This document shows positions 22,540 through 33,094 of a stretch of DNA of 33,094 nucleotides, one piece after another. The notes beneath the pieces were generated by a model. The model saw nothing but the letters and a program-made list of their open reading frames with translations. It did not search any database and had not been told where the DNA came from. Source of the stretch: Piromyces finnis finn (lineage: Eukaryota; Fungi; Neocallimastigomycota); assembly GCA_002104945.1 (NCBI GenBank), contig MCFH01000128.1:1-33094 (forward strand), written 5' to 3'. The translations under genes were made by a program, and so were the position numbers. How positions within the stretch are numbered: position 1 is the stretch's first letter; each line of letters starts with the position of its first letter.

Positions 22540-25500
22540 AGTTAAAATAAAATATAATAAATATAATGGATTTATCTTATTTAAATAGTAATATACACTC
22601 CATTTTCATTTTATATATAAATTCAATTTTTTAACTTTTTATTATTTTAGAATTTATATAAATATTTCGAAATATTTTAAAAAGAAACAAAAATAAAATT
22701 CGTAATTTTTACCATAAAGAAAATATTTCAATAAGAAATAAAAGAAAAAAAATGAATTATAGTTGTATAAAATAAAAATTGAAAAAAAAATATATCTTTA
22801 ATTATTTATTATTACTTTGATTATTCTTTAAAAACATATTTTTAATATTATTTTATTAAGTAAATGAGTAATAATAAAATTGTGAGCTATCTTGTGGTAA
22901 ATCATTAAAATAATAGATTATAATTTATCTCTATGTGATTAGGTTAAGTGATTTAATTATAATTATTTTTCAAATTATAGTTTTATTAACTTAAATAATG
23001 TATTAATTAAAAATTAATTATATTTTTATATATGTATATATATTTTAATTTCTAGAATATATGTAAAATTGAACTATTAAGAATATTTTAATGTAATATC
23101 ATAATTATATTTAATTTCTATATTTAACTAATTTGACAATAGTATTACTAAAATTAAAATCATGAATATAACAAATAATAGCTCTTTTCTATACTTCAAT
23201 AAAAAAATGAATTATTAGTATATAATTAGAAAATTATATTAAAGTATAGAAAAGAACTATTATTTGTTAATATTCATGATTTTTTCTAATTATATACTAA
23301 TAATTCATTTTTTTATTAGAGTTTAAAATTTTCTTCTTTCTTTTTATTTAAACTTTTCAACTAAAATTTTAAAAAATATTGAAAATTTTGAAATTTTTGA
23401 AAATTTGAATTTTTCAAAAATTTTTTTAATTAATTAATTATTCATCGTCCATTTAAAAATTTGATCTTAAAAAATTGCATTTGATAGTTGATACGAAAAA
23501 AACTTAAACTTTTTTTTTTAATTTTATACTTTAAGAAATATTTTTTTTTATAATTATTTTTTATTTATATATTATTTTAAAAATGAACTATTACATGTTT
23601 TTTTATTAATAAAAATAATATATATATATAAAATTAAATAATAATTATTATTTATACATTAAAGATCCATTCATCATTATCAACATATTTATTAAAATAT
23701 TTAATAAATTCATGATTTTTTATTTTTATAGATAATGTGTAGGCATTTTTATCATCCCCTCCTGCTTTTTTCAATTCTTTTAAAATATATTTCACCTTTT
23801 TTTCTGATGATCTTTTATCCATAACAAATAAATTTTCAATGATTTTATAATTGTTGTTCTTCAAAGCAAAAGTATACCATTCATTTTGAAAATCATTGTA
23901 ATGAAGAAATTCATTTGCTAATAATAAAAACATTTCATTTCTCTTTTTTTTTATTAATAATTTTAATATATGTTGAGGTATCTTTAATTTTTCAATTTTT
24001 TTACATTTGTTTTTTAATGTTTCAATAATGTAACAGAAATCTTCATAAGATAGATTGTTTTGATGAATTAAAAATTGTATTATAGTGTTGAAGGAATTGT
24101 CCTTATCTAAAAATTTATAATTGATATCCGCACCTTTAGAAATAAGAAAGGTGCAAACATCTCTTCTACTTATTAATAATGAATATACAATTAAAGTTGT
24201 TGGTTCATTAGTAATTGTGTTTGGAATTTCATAATTGAAATTCGTGTATGAAAATAAGTTAATTATTGTTTTAAGTGAATCAATAGAAAATCCTGAAGTG
24301 ATACAATTAGTTAGTACATCATATTCTGAGGAATTTATATCATTTATTAGTATTCCATTTTCTTGATAAAAATAAAATATTCTTTCCATATTTTGGTTTT
24401 TTATAATTTTACTTAATTCCATTCTTTTCTTAGTCAAAATTTTATTTAAGCATCTATTAAGGTTATTAATATCTAATATATTATTTAATAAATATTTTTA
24501 TATTTATATTTAATTAAAAATTCATATAATTTGAGAGAGAATCCAGGATATATTATATCACTATAATTATCCATTATGTATTCAATTTTTTCTTTAATCG
24601 AACTTGGATATTCATAGCGTGAAAAAAAAATTAATTGATCAAAAGAACTACAATAAATACATCTATAGTACCATTGATATGGTATATTAAAATTTCTTTC
24701 ATTAATAATTATTTTTTCAAATTGATCTTTTGATATACTTTTTTTTGACTGATAAATTTTAAGCAATTTAACAACAAAACTTTTATCACATATATATTTA
24801 ATATATGTGGATGCTAAATTGAAACTAAAACCAAAATCATAAAAATAATTTTTAATCATCATGATGTTCCAATTTTTGTTTAAAAGATATAATAAAACTT
24901 TAGTAGTGAATAAATTATTAGTAATTAATAATTTAGCGATGTTCAGGCTATTTTCAGTATAATTAACATTTCCCCCCTTACTTATGATAAAATCAGCAAT
25001 TTTAAAATAATTATTGGCAATTGCAGCGTATAATGGGGATTTTATTTCACCATTTTTGAAAATACTGAACTTATTAATTGGATAATCCTTTTTTTTAATT
25101 AATAAGTCTAAATATGCAATTGGAACATTGTATTCAATTGCAGAAATTACTTCATCAAAATCCTTTTCTTCATTGAGATGATTGAGTTGAACCATTTCAT
25201 TCGTTACTTCAATATTCTCAAATAAGTCGGCATCTGAAGTATAAGACTTATTTGATAAGGTCATGGTTGTAGTTATAGTATCAATTTCAAAAGAAAACAT
25301 TTTTTTTAAAATTTTTATTGTGCTTCTGTGTATTTTTAAAAAAATAATATTTTTTTTATTTTATTGTAAAAACGAAATAATAGTTAAAAATAAAAATAAA
25401 TACAGTATATTTTATTTTAACAATAAATAACATATTAAACTTTTTTTTAATAATTAAATTATTCATAACTTTAATATGATTCGTTAATTAAAATATCATT

Positions 25501-26260
25501 AATAAATAAAGTTGTTTTTTTTATATAGTTTTTCTACTTTAATTTTATTTTTAATATTTTATAAAGTAATTTAATTAATACTATTAAATTTTTTTAAAAT
25601 TTCTCATTTTTTAAATGGATCAACCATTTTTAAAATTGAAATAAGAAATTAAATTTTTTTACAATACAAAATGGATGATATCTATTAAAATATAATTATC
25701 AATATCAACAATTATTATCAATTATTTAAACTTATTATTTATCTTGACATTACATTATTTTTTAATAATATAATATTATGAACCTTTTTTTATTATTATA
25801 ATAATTAATAATATTATGGCCATAATTAGTGAATTATATCACATATTATAATTTTTATTTTAATTAAAATGTAAAATTCTATTGTTGCCATTATTATTAT
25901 TATAAAATAGTATTAAAATATTTATTAAAGAATATAGGATAATATTATAAATAATAATAAACATATTCAAGTAGGATATTATCTCTTGAGATTTGTTGAA
26001 ATTACAAATGAAAGGGAATACGACATAATAAATTTTTAGAAAGCCTTTAATCTAATAAATGTATTAAAAGGTTATTTGAATATAGAATATAGTTATTTAG
26101 TATATATATTGGATAATGGTAAACTAAAATGTCTATTGATATTATATTTGTATATTTTTTATATCTTTGACTTTGGTAATATGTAATTTTTATTAATATT
26201 TTTAATCAAATTACATTAAATATGATATAAAAAGAAAATAATAATAAAATATATATAAAT
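22540..26260. repeat. Segmental duplication, copy B
   Basis: Homologous to ~13358-17225, with ~400 bp of extra sequence at ~22920-23330. Confidence 0.9.
23652..25300 (-). CDS. Ankyrin-repeat protein paralog, split by a single -1 frameshift (assembly error or young pseudogene)
   Basis: ORFs of 271 aa and 261 aa align end to end with the 550-aa copy A. One extra base in the AAA at 24490-24492 restores NILLNNILDINNLNRCLNKILTKKRM; no other lesion was seen. Confidence 0.85.
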
Positions 26261-26334
26261 AAAAATGAAACATATATGAATAAAGAAAAACTACATAACA
26301 AAAAAGAGGATGAAAAGAGCATTTAACTCTTCCC

Positions 26335-26660
26335 ACTCTTCGATACTAATTTTATGTGGATTATTATTATTTATTGTTTAATTTTGTATCTGAATTTCTT
26401 CTTTGCCTTATTCTTTTCGACGTCGATACTCTCAGTAATGGTTGGTCTAATGCTGTACTTAAAGTACTTATACCTATCGATTATTGTGTAAAATTCACAA
26501 ATTACAATTGGTAGAACATTAGTAAGGAATTCTTCCAAACCCACATTATAAAAATATGGAAAAAAGACTATCGAAGAAGAGATTAAAAATATTATTAATT
26601 AATTTACTTCTTCCCCAACTAGATGATATTTCGTGTGAACATTAGTAAGAAATTAATGAA
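26335..26660 (-). other. GC-richer coding-like relic, possibly a LINE ORF2 C-terminus
   Basis: Reads ...SIVFFPYFYNVGLEEFLTNVLPIVICEFYTIIDRYKYFKYSIRPTITESIDVEKNKAKKKFRYKIKQ*; no diagnostic motif recognised. Confidence 0.25.
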
Positions 26661-26731
26661 GATATTATTTACAAAATGAATGTTTAAATTAATATTAATT
26701 TATATTAAAGTTAACACTTTAAATATACTAA

Positions 26732-27110
26732 TTATTTTGTACCATTGGCAATTAAAGCTTCTATTGCATTTTCATAATGATTCTTATAAGCTATTATATT
26801 AAGATCAACAGCCTCACAACTTGCATTTATTAATGGTATTTACTTCATTATTACATATATTGACATTAGCATTATTTTTAATTAAATACTTTTCTTCATC
26901 TTCATTTTTACTAATTTTACAAGCTTTTCCCTTAAATTTATTTTATTATTTCAATTTTTTATCTATTGTTGCTACATTATCAACTAAAAGTTGTATTATG
27001 CGAATATAATTTGTATAATACCTGCTTTATTTTTGCAAAGCTTTATCACCATTACTATTTTTTGAATTAATATTTATTCCATACTATTATTTTTACTATT
27101 AACCTGACAA
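26732..27110 (-). pseudogene. Ankyrin-repeat gene relic
   Basis: Broken frames give YGININSKNSNGDKAL, IIQLLVDNVA, EKYLIKNNANVNICNNE and IPLINAS...ENAIEALIANGTK. Confidence 0.7.
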
Positions 27111-28411
27111 GTTCAGAGATAATCATAAAAAAAAAAAAAAAACGGGAATAGAAAAATAAATGTTAAAAATTAGAAAAAGGAAAATTTAAAAGTTTTAAAA
27201 AAATGTTATGTTTTAATAAAGGTACAATGATAATTATTAATTAAAATTTAAATTAAAATTTTTTAAATATTTAAAATAAATAAAAGGAAAAAAACACATT
27301 TTAAAAAAGAAAAAATAAAGGTATATGCAATATACAATATTAAAAATGAATTAGAAATAAACTTTTCACCTTTTAATGTTTGATAAAAACTAAACCTTTT
27401 ACTATTAAAATACATCCTCTTTTTCAAATAAATGATCTTTTAAAAAAACTTTTTTTTTTTAAACTCTCAAGGAAGATATTAAAAGTTATTAAAAATAAAT
27501 TAAAAATTAAATATGACTTAACGTAGCAATAATTGTAATTATGATGATTAATTATTATTCATTTTAAATAATTTAACATAAAATCAGTCATCCAACTAGA
27601 GTTAAAAAAAATAATACATAAATAATACATACTTTATTTACTACAATTATTTTCAATATTACTTTATTTAATACTATTAAAAGTATCCTTTTTATTAAAA
27701 CATTATTATCATTGTTAAAACGTTAATATCATTTACTTTTCTACTTTTCTACTTTTCTTTTTTTTTTAATTTATTAAATATTATAATTCATAAAATTACT
27801 CATATTTTTAATTTCTTTTTTTGAGTGGATTTTTATAATTGTTTTTTTATTGGTTATTGCGGTAAATAAACCTAAACTTTATTAATTATTAAAATAAATT
27901 ATTTGTGCAACTTTAATAAGATTGCTAAGTTTAAATTTTCATGATCATCCTTAATTTCATTGTGTAACAAAATATTATATGATATTAATATATTTAAAGT
28001 TTATAATTTATATTAAATTTAACATTAAAATTATTGTTTTTTTTTTATATTAAAAAAAGACACATTCATTTAAATTTTTAAAAAATATTTCTTTTATTAA
28101 TTTATATATATTTAATATAATATTTATTATAATACATTAAAAACGTATTTTTAAATAGACAGTAAAGGTCTTCTTTGCATCATTGCTAATATTAATCTTG
28201 AATTATAAATTATAAAAATATTATAAAATAAAAAGATATAAAATAGGTAAATTAAACATCTAGCTTAATTTACATCTTTATATGATTAAAATAGTTGTAT
28301 TTATAAATTTTCGAAAAATAGAATACTATAATAATTATTGAAAAAACTATGGACCTTTATTTTTTTTGTTTCAATAAATATATCTTGCTATTTTTATATT
28401 TATATATATAT

Positions 28412-28575
28412 ATATTTTAAATAGTATATATTACATAATTACAATAATTACATTTGTGTTATTTTAAAAGCATTCCTTAATTATACACCATTATTAATAT
28501 TATATATATATATTTTTTAAAAAAAAAAAATATTTTATTAATAAAATTATAATATTTATAATATTTATTATATTT
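28412..28575. repeat. ~165-bp direct repeat, copy 1
   Basis: Near-identical to 32932-33094 (ATATTTTAAATAGTATATATTACATAATTACAATAATTACATTT..GTGTTATTTTAAAAGCATTCCTTAATTATACAC...). Confidence 0.9.
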
Positions 28576-28857
28576 TAATACAGTTCAAAATCGATCCATT
28601 TTTTTAATCGATTTTCAAGAAACAACACCAAGTGCCAAACGTATCCCTTTGACACTTTTCACAAATTGCATAACCACTCTTTTCAAGTTTTTCTTTCATC
28701 TTCCCTCTCACCGTACCAATTTAAATTAAAAAAAAAAATATTTATTAATATAATAACTTTATTATAGTTTTTGATAATCTTTAATCATATTTTCATGATG
28801 GATATTAATAATATAGATAGTAATATATTCATAAATTAGAGATAATTGGTATAATTA

Positions 28858-28916
28858 TATTAATATAAAATGAATATTAATATAAAATGAATATTAATAT
28901 AAAATGAATATTAATA
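28858..28916. repeat. 17-bp minisatellite x3.5 (TATTAATATAAAATGAA)
   Basis: Three perfect tandem copies plus a partial one. Confidence 0.9.
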
Positions 28917-29139
28917 ATAAATAATAGTAATTACTATTAAAAAGAATAAATAAAGATAGTAATGTTAGTAGTAAACTAGTTATTAATAATAATATTGATA
29001 AAGTTATATATCAATATATCAATGATAATATTATATTAATTTTTATCAAAAGAAAAAAAAAATCCTATTGATAAAATTGTTATTATACCAATTTTATTAA
29101 TATGATTTTTTTTTTATATATGTTTTATAACAGTTCTAT

Positions 29140-31491
29140 TGGTATATATTATAAATTATTATAATTATTCTTTTGAGCATTGTTTCTATATCATTATTTT
29201 TAATATCCTCTTGGATATCTAAAGTATCAAATGGAATACCACACAATTCACCATTTTCATATCCCCAAGTACCTATTTTATCTGTATGATCAATCTAATA
29301 AAACTAGAACAACATTATAACCAAAGTTCAAACAATATTAGTTTGACATTCCAAGTTTTGATATTCTTTATGTTCTAATGGTACTGACATTATTTTAAAA
29401 TCTTTAAACAATATTTTCATTGACTCTTGAGCATATTGTTTGTTGATAAAAATGTAATCTTCATATTTATTAGTAATATCGCATTTTTCGATAGACAATT
29501 ATTATTTTTAAACCAATAAACAATTATTATCGAATACTGAAATAATATTAAAATAGTTTTCATTTTTGTTTGAAACGCCATTCGTTTCTGGAATTTTCAA
29601 CACATTCTAAATCGGATTTTACAATATATTTTGTATTTTTTTTGTTTTCTAATTTAAGCTTACTTTGAATGCAAATATTTTTTTCATTATTTGATTTTGT
29701 ATTATTTTGAATCAAGGTTTTATATATATAATAATTACTATCAAAATAAACATTTAATTCTCTATAATAATCTGAAGTTTCTAAAATGTTATTTGAAGTT
29801 TCTAAAAGTTTTAAACGACTATTTGAGGATCTAAATGAATTACTTAAATATACTTTACGGATAACATCAGTACTGGGAAAATCCAAAATAAACCAATGAT
29901 TATGTATTTTTTCATCATTAAAATTAACTAATTTATCATTTACATACGATGCCTTATTTTTTATAGTATCTGGAATGTCATACCAATCATTGGTTTTTGC
30001 TATATTTAAAAAATTCATAGTAAGAATCTCATCATTAGTACTATTAAAGCGGTTTTTGATTGAATCGTTAAAAGCAAAATATTGTCTATTAATATTATTT
30101 TTAATGTCCTCATCACTTCTACAATCAAAAGACTGAATTTTATACAAGTTATCGTCATTAGAAATATATGTCTTCAATGCAAGCACTTCTTAAAGATACA
30201 TTATTAGTTAAAACATTATATACCATATCCCATTTATCATCTTTTTCTAAGTTATAATTATCTTGGATACGGTAATTATTAATACTATTAGCATCTTTAG
30301 TCAATGTGGGATAACAAACTACACCATCATTAGCGCCATTTCCTCTACTATATTCCTTACATGATCCCATGTCTGGAATACTAAATACAATGGCTGCTTT
30401 AGAAGTATTCCAAAGATATGATTCACGTGAAAAGATAACAATTTTTCCTTGTATATCAGAAAGCATTGGCATTTCTTTACTTTGTTTAGGTTTATAATAA
30501 AAATCTTTAAATTTTTTATGTGCTGTGTTTGTATTGAATGTAAGCATAGTATCATTGTAAACAGTATAGCTAGCAATTCTTTCAGCAAGTTCATTATCCT
30601 TAACATATCTTTCTTCATTAGATTCTCCCATATTCTCTTTTTTTAAATGAACAATAACTGTTTCTTTATTATTTTTATTTAAAAAATAAATAATTTCATC
30701 AAATACTTCCTTTAAATAATACTTTCCACCAGTTTTTTTATTATGACAGTCCAATATGCCATGAGATAGGTATATTTCCTTTTCTTTATTTGTTTCAAGT
30801 CTTATATCGAGATATCGGATTCCTTTTTCTAATTGTTCTGTAATATCTAAAGATTGAGTTTTACCATATAATATTCTACCTGCATCAATTACTGGAGTGA
30901 AAAGGTTTCCAATTTCAATTGCATAAGTGCCACTATCATGGGTTCCAGGAATATTTATTTGATTAAGTTAAGTTTTAAATTAGAGTTTAGAAAACTCATC
31001 CAATTATGATCCTTTGGTGTTTCACTATTGTCACATAAATATTTTTTATAAACAAAACCAAATCTAGTTAAACAGCCATAATTATTACAGGATGCGGTTG
31101 TATCGATAATTCTTTCATTCGGTACTTCATATGACGTCCATTCACATTTTTCGCTTGCATTACTTTTATTATCGTGAATTTTGAAGTAAAATAGAGTAGA
31201 ATAACTTTCAATACAAATTTTATCATTATATTCATCGCCTTTATAATTGCCAACACCTGGATTATCTATTTCATTGTTCGAAATATTAATGCTACAGGAC
31301 GGTTCTCTTAATCCTGATTTATAATAATAGTAAATAGTATCACCTTTTTTCATATTATACATATCTTTATTGTTATCAGTTTTTAAACGATGATCTCTCC
31401 AATTATCTTTATAAAGAAATGCATCTAAATGTTCAGCATTGACATTAGATGCAATTATTATAAATAGAGTTATATATAATAAACGCAACAT
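29140..31491 (-). pseudogene. Secreted PI-PLC X-domain phosphodiesterase + ricin-B-like lectin + fungal dockerin, frameshifted
   Basis: Signal peptide MLRLLYITLFIIIASNVNA; PI-PLC motifs WMSFL...LNQINIPGTHDSG, TQSLDITEQLEKGIRYLDIRL, LSHG, ETVIVHLKKE, GKIVIFSR, IQDNY and WFILDFP...IRKVYLSN; ricin-like ICIQ...C....NEWRF...NIISVFDNNCL...CD; dockerin at the end. Frameshifts at ~30967, ~30192 and ~29565, and several in the tail. Confidence 0.85.
29233..29335 (-). other. Fungal non-catalytic dockerin (CBM10-like) domain, degenerate
   Basis: C..FGY.CCSS....DHTDKIGTWGYENGELCGIP across two frameshifts matches the consensus C...LGYPCC...V.YTD..G.WG.ENG.WCGI. Confidence 0.8.
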
Positions 31492-31564
31492 ACTATTTAT
31501 TAAAATAATTTAATAAATTTTAAATACTTTTAAATAACATTGAGTAATTTTAAGTTATTTTATA

Positions 31565-31598
<34 letters not shown>

Positions 31599-32056
31599 TT
31601 GAAATTTTAAAAATTCTTTTTCATTTTAAACATGATTATTAAATATTATTTATAATTTATTTTTTTACTGGTAAATTAATGATAATTTGTTATATTTTAA
31701 GATTCATTAAAATATTTTCTTCTTTTATTTATAGAATAATTATTTAATTTTAATATATTTATTTAATAATTCAACAAACTTAACTATAATTATCTGTTTT
31801 ATTTCATAAATTAAAATGTTAACATCCGCGAGACAATTTAAAAGCATATAAAACATATATAATTAAATAAATAATTGTTTGTTATGTCGTTCAAATTATT
31901 AAATTAATTATATTATTAACGATTTTCAATTATTATAAAATATAATGATAGTATTGTTTTATAAATATATATATTATACATTCTAAACTTTCATTATTAG
32001 TTTAAATAATAAAATTTTTATAATTGATAAAATAATTAAATAAATTAACCCAATAG

Positions 32057-32603
32057 TACAGAACTCTTATTAAAAGTTCTTACATTGATTATTTCACAGA
32101 TATTCCTGATATTAATGGAAATATTACAAGTTACATTGCTTACACTTGTACCTATGAAGAAATTGATTCAAATAAATGTAATGATAAATGTGAAGTTGGT
32201 ATTACTGAATATCCTTGTCAATGTAGTTATGATAGCGAATGTTTATCTAATAAATGTTATAAAAACATTGTGTTTATAACGATGATGAGTCTCCCATTGT
32301 TCATTGTTGTGATGTTTATTCAGATAAATGGTTTTTAGGTAAAAGTTCTTATATGTATTGTGGCAAACCACCAGAAAATCCTTGTGAAAAAGGTTCTGAA
32401 TGTTCTTCAAAGCATTGTTCAAATAAAAGATGTGATAGTGTACAAGATGACGGTCCTTCAGATAGTGATGGTATTCAAACTGCTATAGAAGGATTAATAA
32501 TATGTAGTGTAATTTTTCTATTATTATAATTCTTATTATAGTAATTATATGCTGTTGGTGTAAGAAAAGAAGGAATAATAGAAATCAATCTAATAATGCA
32601 TAA
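32057..32603 (+). CDS. Cys-rich single-pass membrane protein (last exon; 5' end not resolved), with two -1 homopolymer frameshifts
   Basis: YTCTYEEIDSNKCNDKC...CQCSYDSECLSNKCYK(K)HCVYNDDESPIVHCCDVY...MYCGKPPENPCEKGSECSSKHCSNKRC...TM helix LIICSVIF(S)IIIILIIVIICCWC, then KKRR, stop at 32601-32603. The frameshifts lie in A5 (32261-32265) and T5 (32513-32517). Possible splice acceptor TTAACCCAATAG ends at 32056. Confidence 0.75.
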
Positions 32604-32931
32604 TCTTAAGTACTGCTAATGAGACATTAATATATATAGACAAGTTTATAATATATAAATATGGATAAATATATATATAATATATATATTTTATATTTTT
32701 ACATTTAATTAATATTTTAAAAAACTTTGTTGAAATATGATTTATCATAGCTTATTATAACGTTTATAGAGTATTAATATAAAATAGGATTATAGTAAGT
32801 TGCATTTACTCAAAAAATTTAATTATTATTTATAGATTAAGATATTTCTTTATATAAAAATTAAAAGGAAATGTACCTATGTTAAGTTTATAATAAAAAA
32901 ATGAAAAATAATAAAATATATTATAATCACC

Positions 32932-33094
32932 ATATTTTAAATAGTATATATTACATAATTACAATAATTACATTTTTGTGTTATTTTAAAAGCATTCCTT
33001 AATTATACACTCATTATTAATATTAATATATATATTTTTTAAAAAAAAAAATATTTTAAATAAAATTATAATATTTATAATATTTATAATATTT
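32932..33094. repeat. ~165-bp direct repeat, copy 2 (runs off the window end)
   Basis: Near-identical to 28412-28575. Confidence 0.9.

Noticed and set aside
30319-31256. ORFs 30319..30618, 30449..30646 and 31068..31256
   Set aside because: Alternative frames overlapping the PLC gene.

Overview
Extremely AT-rich eukaryotic DNA (under about 20% GC by eye). A fungal dockerin (CBM10-like) remnant, the ankyrin-protein family and the Cys-rich membrane-protein family point to an anaerobic gut fungus (Neocallimastigomycota); this is inferred from gene content, not confirmed by a search. From left to right the window holds: a 1276-aa ankyrin-repeat gene with four tandem ~41-aa repeats carrying SIM-like motifs; a decayed + strand gene; a Ty1/copia relic with one LTR and a PPT that retains only gag and protease; a bacterial-type AAA-ATPase/PD-(D/E)XK nuclease pseudogene abutting the truncated copia gag; an (AATAGT)n array; two LINE (APE endonuclease/RT) relics; a direct duplication (~3.8 kb, ~9.4 kb apart) carrying paralogous ~550-aa ankyrin genes; (TAT)n arrays; a small ankyrin relic; a secreted PI-PLC X + ricin-like + dockerin gene with frameshifts; and a Cys-rich single-pass membrane protein. 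The last two are flanked by a ~165-bp direct repeat. Several otherwise clean genes are broken by single-base deletions in homopolymers, most likely long-read assembly errors. No rRNA, tRNA or CRISPR array was seen, and I found no clearly new multi-gene system; the most promising leads are listed as findings.
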